A stretch of 64,000 bases of DNA from Chitinophaga pinensis (GTDB taxonomy: Bacteria; Bacteroidota; Bacteroidia; Chitinophagales; Chitinophagaceae), in contig CAMBEI010000003.1 in NCBI GenBank assembly GCA_945865645.1, positions 8,308-72,307 on the forward strand, read 5' to 3'. Below are positions 48,225 through 58,496 of the stretch, in pieces. Position numbers and translations under genes: made by a program. Under the pieces are notes generated by a model. That model had not been told where the DNA came from and made no database searches. It worked only from the letters and a program-made list of their open reading frames with translations. Every line of letters starts with the position of its first letter. Within the stretch, counting starts at the first letter, position 1.

Positions 48225-49340
48225 TTAAGAAGCTCTAAAGCCAGCTTTTTTAAGCATCATGTCCTTTTTCACTCGATCTACATCCATTGCTACCATTTCT
48301 TGAACCAATCCAGATAAATCATATTGTGGTGCCCAACCCAATTGCGTTTTTGATTTAGTCGGATCTCCAATGAGTAAATCGACCTCGGTAGGTCGAAAAT
48401 ACTTTGGATCAACGGCAATAACTTGTTTACCTATTTCTATTTGATATAATGAATTTGTACATGCTTTAACATAACCTTTCTCATTTACACCTTCTCCCTT
48501 GAACTCAATTTCAATACCTAATTCTGCAAATGACATACGAACGAAATCACGCACATAAGTTGTCTCTCCCATTGCAATTACATAATCTTCAGGAACATCT
48601 TGTTGTAAGATGCGCCACATCGCCTCCACATAATCTTTAGCATGGCCCCAATCTCTTTGCGCATCTAGGTTTCCTAAGTACAAACAATCTTGATGTCCTA
48701 AAGCTATAGCTGCGGTAGCCATAGTTATCTTTCTAGTTACAAAAGTTTCTCCCCTGCGAGGTGATTCATGATTGAACAATATTCCATTACATGCGAACAT
48801 ATCATATGCCTCTCTGTAATTTTTAGTTATCCAAAAACCATAAATTTTTGCAGCTCCATATGGGGAACGGGGATAAAACGGAGAGTTTTCATCATACATA
48901 CCCTTCTCATTTTTATTTTCAGCTAAACCACCATAGAGTTCAGAAGTGGACGCTTGATAAATTCGCGTTTTGTTTATAAGACCTAAAATACGTACCGCTT
49001 CTAAGATACGTAACGTTCCTAAACCATCAACGTTAGCGACATACTCTGGAGAATCAAAAGAGACCTTTACATGACTCATTGCCCCCAAATTATATATTTC
49101 ATCAGGTTGGACTTCTTGAATAATACGAATAACATTAGTTGAATCTGTTAAATCACCATAATGCAATTTAAAATTAACAGGAGTCTGGTGTTGATCTTGA
49201 TAAATGTGATCAATTCTTTGAGTATTGAAAGAGGAAGCTCTTCTTTTTACTCCATGGACAACATATCCTTTATCTAATAATAATTCTGCTAAGTAAGAAC
49301 CATCTTGAACTGTGATTCCAGAAATTAATGCTATTTTCAC
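48225..49340 (-). CDS. gmd: GDP-mannose 4,6-dehydratase (Gly->Val in nucleotide-binding motif)
   Basis: [54 protein letters not shown]; GTG start. Confidence 0.95.
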   Translation of the reverse strand: MKIALISGITVQDGSYLAELLLDKGYVVHGVKRRASSFNTQRIDHIYQDQHQTPVNFKLHYGDLTDSTNVIRIIQEVQPDEIYNLGAMSHVKVSFDSPEYVANVDGLGTLRILEAVRILGLINKTRIYQASTSELYGGLAENKNEKGMYDENSPFYPRSPYGAAKIYGFWITKNYREAYDMFACNGILFNHESPRRGETFVTRKITMATAAIALGHQDCLYLGNLDAQRDWGHAKDYVEAMWRILQQDVPEDYVIAMGETTYVRDFVRMSFAELGIEIEFKGEGVNEKGYVKACTNSLYQIEIGKQVIAVDPKYFRPTEVDLLIGDPTKSKTQLGWAPQYDLSGLVQEMVAMDVDRVKKDMMLKKAGFRAS

Positions 49341-49369
49341 TTTATAAAAAAATTTAAATTAAACAATAT

Positions 49370-50671
49370 CAGTGCTGTCCCGTTGTAATTAGAAAAGAAT
49401 CAATTGGTTAGAAAAATCGGAATCTTTAAAGTGCGAATCACTATTGCTAACTAATTGATTTACAGACTCTTTCTCAAAAATCGAAATGCTAATTATCTGT
49501 AAAAAACTGTAGAGAGATTGGCCGATTTTCAGCTTTTTCTTCGCTATGGCTACCAAAAGATAGGTGCAAATGGCAATCCAAATCTGGCAATGAATAGCGT
49601 TCTCAGATGTGCCATAAAACGATTTGATTTTCAGATGTTGTTTGATCCAACGAAAAAAGAGTTCGATTTTCCAGCGTTCCTTGTAGAGACCGGCGATTGT
49701 AGTAGCGTCTATCTCAAAGTGGTTGGTCAGAAATATAAAGGTCTTGTCTTTTTCTCGATCGTAGAACTTGATTCTCCGCAGGTGTGCCGGGTATTTTAGC
49801 TGTGATTGTTGATGTGTAAATTTTATCGTTTGATCAACTTGAATGCCTAGTTCTTTATGAACGGAATGACTGTAAACCCGATCAAAGGCCATGTTTTCTT
49901 TGGCCCTAATGACGAAAAAGCCACCGGATTGTTGAATGCGATACAGGCGATGATAATCGATGTAACCCATGTCCATTATGTAAAAAGCGCCTGCTTCTAT
50001 TGGCATTTGATCCAATATGTTGACGTCATGAACAGATCCAGGTGTGATTTTGATAAAAGTGGGTATAGATCCCTGCAAGTCAAGTAGAGTATGCATCTTA
50101 ACAGCGCCTTTATTTTGACGGAATTTTGCCCAGGGAAATATCTGCAAACAAAGGTCAATTGTCGTACTATCGAGCGCATACGCCATGTGGTTAATATCGT
50201 TTAGAAAGGTATTTTCATGAGCGTAAAGTTTGCGCGCTTCGGCAATCATAACCTGAGCAAAATCGGCATAGATTCGCCAATTTCTGCGCTCGTTGGCTTT
50301 GGCGAGTGTGTTTCTAGCCACCGGTTTTTTTATGCCGCTATGATACAGTTTTTTACTCATGGCCTGAAGGCACGATTCTATGTCTCGCAAGCTATCTCGA
50401 TATGTTAACTGGGCAAACGACATTACCAGAAAATGCTCCTTACAAGTAAATTCCTTGATTCGATAGTCGCCGTTATACCGAGCTACACATTTGTTGAATT
50501 CATAATCAGGCAACAAGGACATCAATTGCGAAAACACCGTTTTTCCCAGGTTCATAACTAGTCTATGAACAATTTTTGGGAAATTCAAATCAAAAAAACT
50601 TATTTTCGCTGTCAAAGCCTGTTTTTATTGGGTACTACGAGGATTGAAAAAAAGTTAACGGGACACTACTG
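49370..50671 (-). mobile_element. IS4-family insertion sequence
   Basis: 15-bp TIRs cagtgctgtcccgtt (49370-84) / aacgggacactactg (50657-71), 13/15 match; visibly higher GC than flanks; flanks ttaaacaatat vs ttacttaatat (8/11). Confidence 0.92.
49389..50555 (-). CDS. IS4-family DDE transposase (DUF4372 N-terminus)
   Basis: MNLGKTVFSQLM, DSTTIDL, AVKMHTLLD, MDMGY, YKERWKIELFFRWIKQHLKIK (YREK). Confidence 0.95.
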   Translation of the reverse strand: MNLGKTVFSQLMSLLPDYEFNKCVARYNGDYRIKEFTCKEHFLVMSFAQLTYRDSLRDIESCLQAMSKKLYHSGIKKPVARNTLAKANERRNWRIYADFAQVMIAEARKLYAHENTFLNDINHMAYALDSTTIDLCLQIFPWAKFRQNKGAVKMHTLLDLQGSIPTFIKITPGSVHDVNILDQMPIEAGAFYIMDMGYIDYHRLYRIQQSGGFFVIRAKENMAFDRVYSHSVHKELGIQVDQTIKFTHQQSQLKYPAHLRRIKFYDREKDKTFIFLTNHFEIDATTIAGLYKERWKIELFFRWIKQHLKIKSFYGTSENAIHCQIWIAICTYLLVAIAKKKLKIGQSLYSFLQIISISIFEKESVNQLVSNSDSHFKDSDFSNQLILF

Positions 50672-51433
50672 TTACTTAATATGTGTGGAAATCAATTTTA
50701 ATTCTTTTAATTTAAGTAATTTAAAAAACAAATACTTAATTATGTTAAAGCCCCTCTTGTTCTCTTGGTATGACTTTTTCATTTCTCTTGTTATAATTAT
50801 TGTACTTTTAAACCCCTGATTACTTACACCTCCAATTAACATTTTTACTAAATACTCATTTAAATGAAAACTTCTGTACCCTTTAACTTCCAATGCTCTA
50901 AACATAAAATCAACATCAGCGGCTATCTTATAATCCGACTTATAATTACCTAATTCCTCATAAACAATTCTTCTACAATAAAAAGTTGGATGAGCCGGTG
51001 TCCAACTTTTATCAAACAAACCAGGAGAAAAATCAATTGAATGCCAAACTCTTCTAACTTTACCATAATGGTCAATAAAGATCAAATTACCATAAACACA
51101 ATTTATTTCCTGCATACTCTGAAATACATCAACTATTTTTTCTATGACATGAGAATCAAAAAAAAAGTCGTCAGAATTTAACACTCCAATTAATTCTCCA
51201 CTAGAAGATCTAACCCCTTTATTAATAGCATCATAGATGCCTCTATCTTTCTCGTGGATTAGTGTTTTGAATTCCGTTCTTCGGGCATTCAAAAGCTCAT
51301 ATGTGCCATCTGAGGATCCGCCATCAACAATAACATGCTCTATGTTACTATAGGTCTGTGATTTCACACTGTCAATCGTCAAACCAATGGTATTGACAGA
51401 ATTGAAAGAAGGCGTTATTATTGAAACTTTCAA
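50672..51433 (-). CDS. GT2 glycosyltransferase (WcaE-like)
   Basis: SIITPSFN, VDGGSSDGT, GIYDAINKG, LNSDD, AHPTFY; TTG start. Confidence 0.92.
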   Translation of the reverse strand: MKVSIITPSFNSVNTIGLTIDSVKSQTYSNIEHVIVDGGSSDGTYELLNARRTEFKTLIHEKDRGIYDAINKGVRSSSGELIGVLNSDDFFFDSHVIEKIVDVFQSMQEINCVYGNLIFIDHYGKVRRVWHSIDFSPGLFDKSWTPAHPTFYCRRIVYEELGNYKSDYKIAADVDFMFRALEVKGYRSFHLNEYLVKMLIGGVSNQGFKSTIIITREMKKSYQENKRGFNIIKYLFFKLLKLKELKLISTHIK

Positions 51434-51521
51434 GGATTATTTAGTTAACAAGTAATTTCCAATAATCAAAATGTCAAGGTTTGAAGTGGTCGGGTTTGGT
51501 TGGACTAAATTAGTATAATTC

Positions 51522-52499
51522 TTAGATTTTGTTATTATTTTTAATCCAATTTAAAGTTATTGATATCTCTTGATCAATATTTTTATCTGGAATATAATTG
51601 GTGAATTTAATCGTTCGTTTTATATCCTCAATAATATTATTAGTCGTCATATTTTTATACCTAAACGAATTCATTGGAAATTTATGAATTTGAAATTTAA
51701 GCTTTAATATATCACCCACCTTCGCCGCTAATTTTAGCAACCATTTAGGCATAGTTATTGGTTTAGATTGATTATTCAACCTTCTTATTCTAATCGCCCA
51801 ATCAGCAATATTGATCGGTTCTATGTCACCCAAATAGAAGTAATTATGCTTGACAGATAAATCCTCAGTTATTAACAAATTAAATATTTGAATACAGGTG
51901 TTCTCAACATAACCATATGTCTTTGTCGAAGCATACTTTACGGGTATGTTAAAGTAAAGTCCCTTGATCACTAAATCAAAGAAATTCTTATAAGGTTCAC
52001 CAAACCAAGGGCCCCAAATTGATGTAGGCCTTACTATTATCCAATCAAAACTATATTCCTTTACAATTTTCTCTGTGTGGACTTTACTTTCACCATATAA
52101 ACTATTCGGTGCATAATCATCAAATCCCGAAGGTGTATATCCTAATTGACAAACGAGCATAGACGAAGCGACAATAATGCGCTTCAATTCAATCAGACTT
52201 CCTGCTGAGTCCATTATATTTCTCACTCCATCAATATTAGCCTTATACCCGTCCAAATTACTTTTTTCATTCAAATCTGTTCGAGCCGCAAGATGAATAA
52301 TATAATCAGGATTGTCTTTTTCGATTGAGATTGCAATTTTGGATTTGTCACAAATATCCACTTCAAACCAAAATTTTAAATGTGAATCAAGCGTAGGTTT
52401 TCTGATATCGTAGTTAACTACATCGAACCCCTGCTCGACTAATAACGAAATCATGTTAGTGCCTATAAAACCCGAACCACCTGTTACTAAAACCTTCAT
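51522..52499 (-). CDS. NAD-dependent epimerase/dehydratase
   Basis: TGGSGFIG, HLAARTD, YGESK, RPTSIWGP. Confidence 0.92.
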   Translation of the reverse strand: MKVLVTGGSGFIGTNMISLLVEQGFDVVNYDIRKPTLDSHLKFWFEVDICDKSKIAISIEKDNPDYIIHLAARTDLNEKSNLDGYKANIDGVRNIMDSAGSLIELKRIIVASSMLVCQLGYTPSGFDDYAPNSLYGESKVHTEKIVKEYSFDWIIVRPTSIWGPWFGEPYKNFFDLVIKGLYFNIPVKYASTKTYGYVENTCIQIFNLLITEDLSVKHNYFYLGDIEPINIADWAIRIRRLNNQSKPITMPKWLLKLAAKVGDILKLKFQIHKFPMNSFRYKNMTTNNIIEDIKRTIKFTNYIPDKNIDQEISITLNWIKNNNKI

Positions 52500-52505
52500 A
52501 TTAAA

Positions 52506-54242
52506 TTATCTTCTGGTAATTAAGCAATTTTCTAGAACAAGTACATCCATACTTGTTCTTAAATAACAATCTAAAGCATGAGCGGGTATATTTACAATAG
52601 GTTCATTTTCATTAAACGATGTATTTAATAAAATTGGTACATTCGTTAGTTTGTAAAACTCATTTATTAAATGATAGTACTTCGGAGAATGAATTTTATC
52701 TACAGTTTGTAATCGACCCGTACCGTCGATATGTGTTACAGCTGGAATTATGGAATGTTTTTCTGGTCTTACAGGAAACACTTTCTCCATGAATGGCACT
52801 GAATCATTTACTTCAAAATATTCATTTACAAATTCCTTTAAAATTGAGGGTGCAAATGGACGAAAGCTTTCTCTTCGTTTAATTTTCGCATTTAATAAAT
52901 CCTTAGCATCTTTTCTTCTCGGATCTACAATAATGGATCGTCCACCTAAAGCACGAGGACCAAATTCAGCTTTACCTTGAAACCATCCTACAACATTTCC
53001 ATCAACTAATAATTTCGCTACTTTTTTACATAATTCATTATCCTCTAAATAATCAAAATTTATACCCCGTTTAATTAGTAGTTCTTTAATTATTTCATTA
53101 CTAACAGAAGTTCCTAAATAGGGATTGTACATTGCTTCACTGCGCGCTTCAGACAACACATGATTATAAAAATATAATGCAGATCCAATACTGGTCCCAG
53201 CATCATGACCAGCTGGAGGAATATATACATTTTTAAACTTAGTATTTCTAGTTATTTTTCCGTTTGCAACTGAATTTTGAGCAACACCACCTGCAATACA
53301 TAAGTTGTCTGTTTGACAAATTGAGTATAAAATATTTAAAATATGGAGAATGGTATTCTCACAATGTCTTTGTACCGATGAGGCTATATCAAAATGCTTT
53401 TGTGTTAGTTCCTCAACTGGTTTTCTTGCTGGTCCAAATAACTTTTCAAACTTCTTAGAAAACGTAATACTTGGTGTTGGATCATTAGTTTCATTTATCT
53501 TGGTTTGAACACCCTTAGTGTGGTGTATAAAATAATTTAGGTTCAACTTGAAAAGTTCTAGTTCATTATCACTCAATTTCAATATTTCCTCCATTTCATT
53601 CATATAAACTGGAGAGCCATATGGGGCTAAACCCATAACCTTGTATTCGTCACCATAATGATGAAAACCCAAATATTGTGTAAACGCAGTGTAAAATTGA
53701 CCAACACTATGAGGAAAATTAACTTCTCCCAATCTTGTAATTTTATTTCCTTCCCCAATAGCAACTACTGTTGACGAGAAATCACCAAACGCATCAATTG
53801 ATAATAAAGCCGACTTTTGAAATGGCGAAGCAAAAAATGCACTAGCTAAATGAGAGGAATGGTGCTCAACAAACTTCAACTTTGAGTCGAAATATTCTTT
53901 TCCTAAATGAAAATGTTTGAAAAAATCTGAAGATAAATCATTTAGTAATGATCTATTTTTAACTCTATTTGAAAAATTTAAAATAGAGAGAGGATTTGAA
54001 AGTAAGAATTTAATTTTCTTAACAAGATTAAATTTCGGATCTCTACTAACTGTTATGTAATTTATATCAGAAAAATCAATAGAGCATTCATCTAAACAAG
54101 CTTGAATAGAATTTTTAGGGAATCCCGCCCAGTGTTTTTGCCTAGTAAATCTCTCCTCCTCAAAAGCACAAATTATTTTACCATCTTTTAACAAGCACGC
54201 AGAAGAATCTCCGTGATAAACATTTAAACCTAAAATATACAT
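52506..54242 (-). CDS. Carbamoyltransferase (NodU/CmcH family)
   Basis: YHGDSSA, EEERFTR.KH, HH.SHLASAF, GEYKVMGLAPYG, EFGPRALG.RS, KRRESFRPFAPS, LNTSFN. Confidence 0.96.
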   Translation of the reverse strand: MYILGLNVYHGDSSACLLKDGKIICAFEEERFTRQKHWAGFPKNSIQACLDECSIDFSDINYITVSRDPKFNLVKKIKFLLSNPLSILNFSNRVKNRSLLNDLSSDFFKHFHLGKEYFDSKLKFVEHHSSHLASAFFASPFQKSALLSIDAFGDFSSTVVAIGEGNKITRLGEVNFPHSVGQFYTAFTQYLGFHHYGDEYKVMGLAPYGSPVYMNEMEEILKLSDNELELFKLNLNYFIHHTKGVQTKINETNDPTPSITFSKKFEKLFGPARKPVEELTQKHFDIASSVQRHCENTILHILNILYSICQTDNLCIAGGVAQNSVANGKITRNTKFKNVYIPPAGHDAGTSIGSALYFYNHVLSEARSEAMYNPYLGTSVSNEIIKELLIKRGINFDYLEDNELCKKVAKLLVDGNVVGWFQGKAEFGPRALGGRSIIVDPRRKDAKDLLNAKIKRRESFRPFAPSILKEFVNEYFEVNDSVPFMEKVFPVRPEKHSIIPAVTHIDGTGRLQTVDKIHSPKYYHLINEFYKLTNVPILLNTSFNENEPIVNIPAHALDCYLRTSMDVLVLENCLITRR

Positions 54243-54280
54243 ATTATCTATTTTTATTAATTACACACTTATTTAAAAAA

Positions 54281-55447
54281 TCATATTTTCCTTGAGTCGG
54301 CTACAAAAGAAAGATAAGAAAAAGTTTTGTTACAACATTTATCCCAACTATATTGTTGAGCATAATATTTTGATTTTCGAGAGAACTCTTGTCTCTTAAC
54401 AGGATTAATTAGCAATTCTTCTATTGCATTAGTCGTGCTTTTTACTTCTTTGGGATCGTAATATATGGCTGAATCTTTTAAAAACTCAACCATGGGGCCC
54501 ATATTCGAAGAAGCAATTGGAAGGCCCGAAGTCATAGCTTCTACAAGTATATTTGGCATATTCTCACAACTAGAAGAATAAACAAACATGTCAGCTTCTT
54601 TATATAGATTATGAATTTCATTATGAGCAACTGTTCCTAAATATTTAATTAAATTAGGTGAATCTCTTACCTTTTCTAAAGTAATATTAAGGATTTTTTC
54701 TGCCTTTTTATCAATAGGTTTACCAACTATGATTAATTGAATACTATAACCTTTTTTAAAAAGTGCAGATATTGCTTCTACAAGTATCCATTGGTGTTTA
54801 TAAATGGCAATATTAGATATATATAATATCTTATATGGGTTTGACTGACTGTAACTTGTAATTTCTTTTTGAACCTTTATTTCGCCTATAAATCTTTTGG
54901 ATATACCATGATGAATAATGGGCGAATTATTTATATCAAAATCTAAAAAAGATTGAACTTTAGTTTTTGCATATTTTGAAATAAAAATAATACCTTTTGC
55001 CCTCTTAAAGGTCTTTATTTGAAGCCACCTTAATATTCTATTTTTTATATATTCCTTAGACAAATAACCATATTGACTTATTTCTTCTTCTTCATAATAA
55101 AGCATATTACGGCACATAGCTACATAATTGATAGATTGGCTCAAAAAATACCCTGTTGGACAATATACAATATCGCTTTTTTTCGCTAAAACAGGAAGTT
55201 TCCTTATTTTCCAATAAGTTTCTAGAAATAAATTACCCCCTAATTCGTTTTGTATATCAATAATTAGCCAAGGTTGGGGTGTAATTTTATGAGATAATGA
55301 AACCGAACACCATAATATAACTTTTGAAATATTATAAATTAATGGATTAAGGCATTTTAAGATTTCAGTTAAATGCGTTATATTACCCCCTTGCTTAATA
55401 CTTGAGCAATCAATTCCTATAATAATTCCTTTAGTTTGTTTTATCAT
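54281..55447 (-). CDS. GT4 glycosyltransferase
   Basis: YKHQW.LVEA, FVYSSSCENMPNILVEAM.SGLPI. Confidence 0.9.
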   Translation of the reverse strand: MIKQTKGIIIGIDCSSIKQGGNITHLTEILKCLNPLIYNISKVILWCSVSLSHKITPQPWLIIDIQNELGGNLFLETYWKIRKLPVLAKKSDIVYCPTGYFLSQSINYVAMCRNMLYYEEEEISQYGYLSKEYIKNRILRWLQIKTFKRAKGIIFISKYAKTKVQSFLDFDINNSPIIHHGISKRFIGEIKVQKEITSYSQSNPYKILYISNIAIYKHQWILVEAISALFKKGYSIQLIIVGKPIDKKAEKILNITLEKVRDSPNLIKYLGTVAHNEIHNLYKEADMFVYSSSCENMPNILVEAMTSGLPIASSNMGPMVEFLKDSAIYYDPKEVKSTTNAIEELLINPVKRQEFSRKSKYYAQQYSWDKCCNKTFSYLSFVADSRKI

Positions 55448-56549
55448 TTATGATATAAGAATCAAAAATTTGCTCATATTTTTGAATAATTGATTCAAAT
55501 TTATATTTTTGTTGGGTTAAAGAAGCAATATTATTACGTTTAAAATTATAACTTAAAGCATATTTTATTTTATTCGAAAATTCAATCTCATTTGCTTCAT
55601 TATCTACTAAAAAACCATTTATTCCTTCCTGTATAATTTCATTTGTACCACCTGGGCAATTATAGGCTACTATAGGAATACCACAAGCACCTGCTTCTAA
55701 CAGTGAATTTGGAAAGCCTTCAAAAAATGATCCTTGAAGAAATAAATCAGATTGGTATAAGTAAGGGAAAGGGTTTATTTTAGTTCCTAAAAATTTTACC
55801 TTTGAAAATAGTCCAAGTTGTTCAGAAAGCATTTTTAATTTTTCATGTTCTTCTCCATCTCCAATGATTAGATATTGGAAGTTGGTATCTATATGCTTTA
55901 ATGCTTCTAATATACGAGAATGCCCTTTAAAAGACGTTAGGTTCGCAACTGTAATTAAAATTTTACTATTACCGTTACCTTTAAAATCTAAAGTTTGCTC
56001 AATCTTCCCTTGCTCAATTTTTTCAAACTCTAAGGGATTGTTTATTATAACTAACTTTTCTTCTTTAATTCTATAATTTTGAAGCAAGTCTTTTTTAATT
56101 TTTTGACATTGACATATTATTAAATCATATCTTTTGTATAGGAAAGGTTGTAAAAATATTATCCACTTTTGTTTTTTTCTATAATTACTTGCCACACTGG
56201 GTATTGTAGATTCCCGTAGGATGAATTTAACGTTTTTTCTATAAAAAAAAGTACATAGAGATATTATAATAGATATATTAGTCGTACATGTAAAAATAGT
56301 ATCAGGTTTTTCAAAAAAAAATATTTTTAATAGGTTGAAAAAAGAAAAATAGAGCTTTTTTTTGTTTAAACGAATATATCTTATGTTATTGTTTAATACA
56401 AATTCATCTTTAGATTTATTTGTAGTTATGAAAATTATATTGTATTTCTTAACATCAAGGCTATTGGCTACTGTAGATAAAACTCGTTCACTTCCTCCTC
56501 TGTTTAGTGTTGGCAGAATAAATATTATTTTTTTTTTTATTTCATCCAT
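55431..56549 (-). CDS. GT4 glycosyltransferase (PglJ-like)
   Basis: LPTLNRGGSERV, RESTIPS, EGFPNSLLEAGACGIP; start at MDEIKKK overlapping the asnB stop. Confidence 0.9.
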   Translation of the reverse strand: MDEIKKKIIFILPTLNRGGSERVLSTVANSLDVKKYNIIFITTNKSKDEFVLNNNIRYIRLNKKKLYFSFFNLLKIFFFEKPDTIFTCTTNISIIISLCTFFYRKNVKFILRESTIPSVASNYRKKQKWIIFLQPFLYKRYDLIICQCQKIKKDLLQNYRIKEEKLVIINNPLEFEKIEQGKIEQTLDFKGNGNSKILITVANLTSFKGHSRILEALKHIDTNFQYLIIGDGEEHEKLKMLSEQLGLFSKVKFLGTKINPFPYLYQSDLFLQGSFFEGFPNSLLEAGACGIPIVAYNCPGGTNEIIQEGINGFLVDNEANEIEFSNKIKYALSYNFKRNNIASLTQQKYKFESIIQKYEQIFDSYIINDKTN

Positions 56550-58471
56550 CTTTGATACCACATTTGAAACGTTAGTATATTCCATATTTTATTCACATTT
56601 ACTTGAAATCCATTGTAAAATTGTTTCTTTAAATCTAACACATCTTCAGTATTGAATATACCGTGATGTTCTAATTCAGTCCGATTGATGTGAGTATCTA
56701 CAAAATCCTTTAAATCCGATTTCAACCATTTTTCAAGAGGAATCGAAAATCCCATTTTAGGTCTATTCATTAATTTTTTTGGAATAAGAGTATGTTGTAT
56801 TTCTCTTAAAATATATTTTAAAGTATTGTTTTTAAATTTCTCAACACCACTGATTTGCCCCAACCATTCAATTAAACGATGATCTAATAGTGGTTCTCGA
56901 CCCTCTAAAGAAACACTCATTGTTGCTCTATCCACTTTCACTAAAATATCATCAACCATATAGGTTGCGTAATCCATCGCCAGCATATTATTGATTTCAT
57001 CGCCACCGAAATCCGAGAAATTGAAAAAATTCTCTTGTGTAGGAATATTTTTTTGACTTAGTATGCCATTTTTGTATTCATCATTTGTTACAACTTGACT
57101 AAAATAACGCATTGAATCAGCTAAACTATTAGACTGAACTAAGTATTTTAATTTATAGTATCGGGTACTAAAATTGAACTTATTTTTATAGTAGGGTATG
57201 TTTTGAGGATTTATATTGCTTAGAGCCCACAATAATGTTTTTTTGCTGAATCCATTTAGCTTATTTATCTTTTGCCAGTAGGTTATGGCATTTAAATACT
57301 TAGGGTAACCACCAAATAATTCATCACCTGCATCTGCTGAAAGTGCAACTGTAACATGTTCTCTTGCAATTCGACTAACTAAAATAGTAGGAACAGCGGA
57401 GCTATCTCCGAATGGTTCGTCGTAATAATCCGCTAAAGTTGGGATAATTGAAAGGGCATCATCTATTGAACAATAGTATTCCTCATGATTTGTACCCAAG
57501 TATTCAGCTATTTTCTTAGCATATTTCGCCTCGTTAAATTGATCTTCATGAAAACCAATACTGAATGTATTTATTTTTTCTGTCCGCTCATTTTGAAGAA
57601 TGGCTGTAACTAAAGAACTATCATAACCACCGCTTAGGAAAACCCCTACGGGTACATCTGCAACCATTCTATATTCACAAGCCGATTTTAATAAAGTAGT
57701 CGTTTCTTTAATGATTTCTTGTTCAGAGATGTCGAGAATAGGTTGTTGATATTGCTTAAAAACATTCCAATATTCATTTTCTGAAAAAGCATTTGTATTT
57801 AAGTCGTATTCAATATAACATCCTTGTCTAAGTTTGTACGTATTTTGAAAAATAGTGTGTGGTGATAATATATAGCCATATTGTAGAAAAGTAGCGACAC
57901 TATTTGTATCTATGGTTTTATGCTTTTGGAATTCTGGATGTGCATGAAATGACTTTAACTCTGATGAAAATAAGAAAAGTCCATTTTCGTGATAGTAGTA
58001 GAGTGGCTTAACACCCGCCCTATCTCTAACCAAAAATATTTTATTTTTCCTATTATCCAATAAGGTAAATGCAAACATACCAATGAAACGATGAAGACAA
58101 TCTATTCCCCAATATTCATAAGCTGCGAGGATTACTTCTGTATCACTATTTGATTTAAAAGGATAAGCACTACACAGTTCAATTAATTCTTTTTTTATTT
58201 CAGCATAATTATATATTTCGCCATTGAAGGTTATTGTTAGGTTTTTATCATAATTAAACATAGGTTGATGACCCAATGGGCTTAAATCAATAATAGCTAA
58301 TCGTCTATGCCCTAAACCTATTGTTTGTTTTGTCGGAACGGGAATTATTTCGTAACCACTACTATCAGGTCCTCTATGTAAAAGAGTATCAGTCATTTTG
58401 ACCAATACTTCTTTCTGTCGTTCAGAATTTAAATGATTTTTACAATCTATTATACCTGTTATTCCACACAT
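56537..58471 (-). CDS. asnB: Asparagine synthase (glutamine-hydrolysing)-like amidotransferase of polysaccharide locus
   Basis: MCGITG, HRGPD, NGEIYN, RDRAGVKP, LSGGYDSS, KVDRATM, RPKMGF. Confidence 0.93.
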   Translation of the reverse strand: MCGITGIIDCKNHLNSERQKEVLVKMTDTLLHRGPDSSGYEIIPVPTKQTIGLGHRRLAIIDLSPLGHQPMFNYDKNLTITFNGEIYNYAEIKKELIELCSAYPFKSNSDTEVILAAYEYWGIDCLHRFIGMFAFTLLDNRKNKIFLVRDRAGVKPLYYYHENGLFLFSSELKSFHAHPEFQKHKTIDTNSVATFLQYGYILSPHTIFQNTYKLRQGCYIEYDLNTNAFSENEYWNVFKQYQQPILDISEQEIIKETTTLLKSACEYRMVADVPVGVFLSGGYDSSLVTAILQNERTEKINTFSIGFHEDQFNEAKYAKKIAEYLGTNHEEYYCSIDDALSIIPTLADYYDEPFGDSSAVPTILVSRIAREHVTVALSADAGDELFGGYPKYLNAITYWQKINKLNGFSKKTLLWALSNINPQNIPYYKNKFNFSTRYYKLKYLVQSNSLADSMRYFSQVVTNDEYKNGILSQKNIPTQENFFNFSDFGGDEINNMLAMDYATYMVDDILVKVDRATMSVSLEGREPLLDHRLIEWLGQISGVEKFKNNTLKYILREIQHTLIPKKLMNRPKMGFSIPLEKWLKSDLKDFVDTHINRTELEHHGIFNTEDVLDLKKQFYNGFQVNVNKIWNILTFQMWYQRWMK

Positions 58472-58496
58472 TAAATTAAATTATTTTAATGTAAAA

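Noticed and set aside
49518-50408. Several short ORFs inside the IS4
   Set aside because: Overlap or antisense to the transposase; no independent motifs.
51434-51521. GC-richer patch (gtggtcgggtttggttgg) between GT2 and the epimerase as a possible IS end
   Set aside because: No partner inverted repeat or transposase fragment found.
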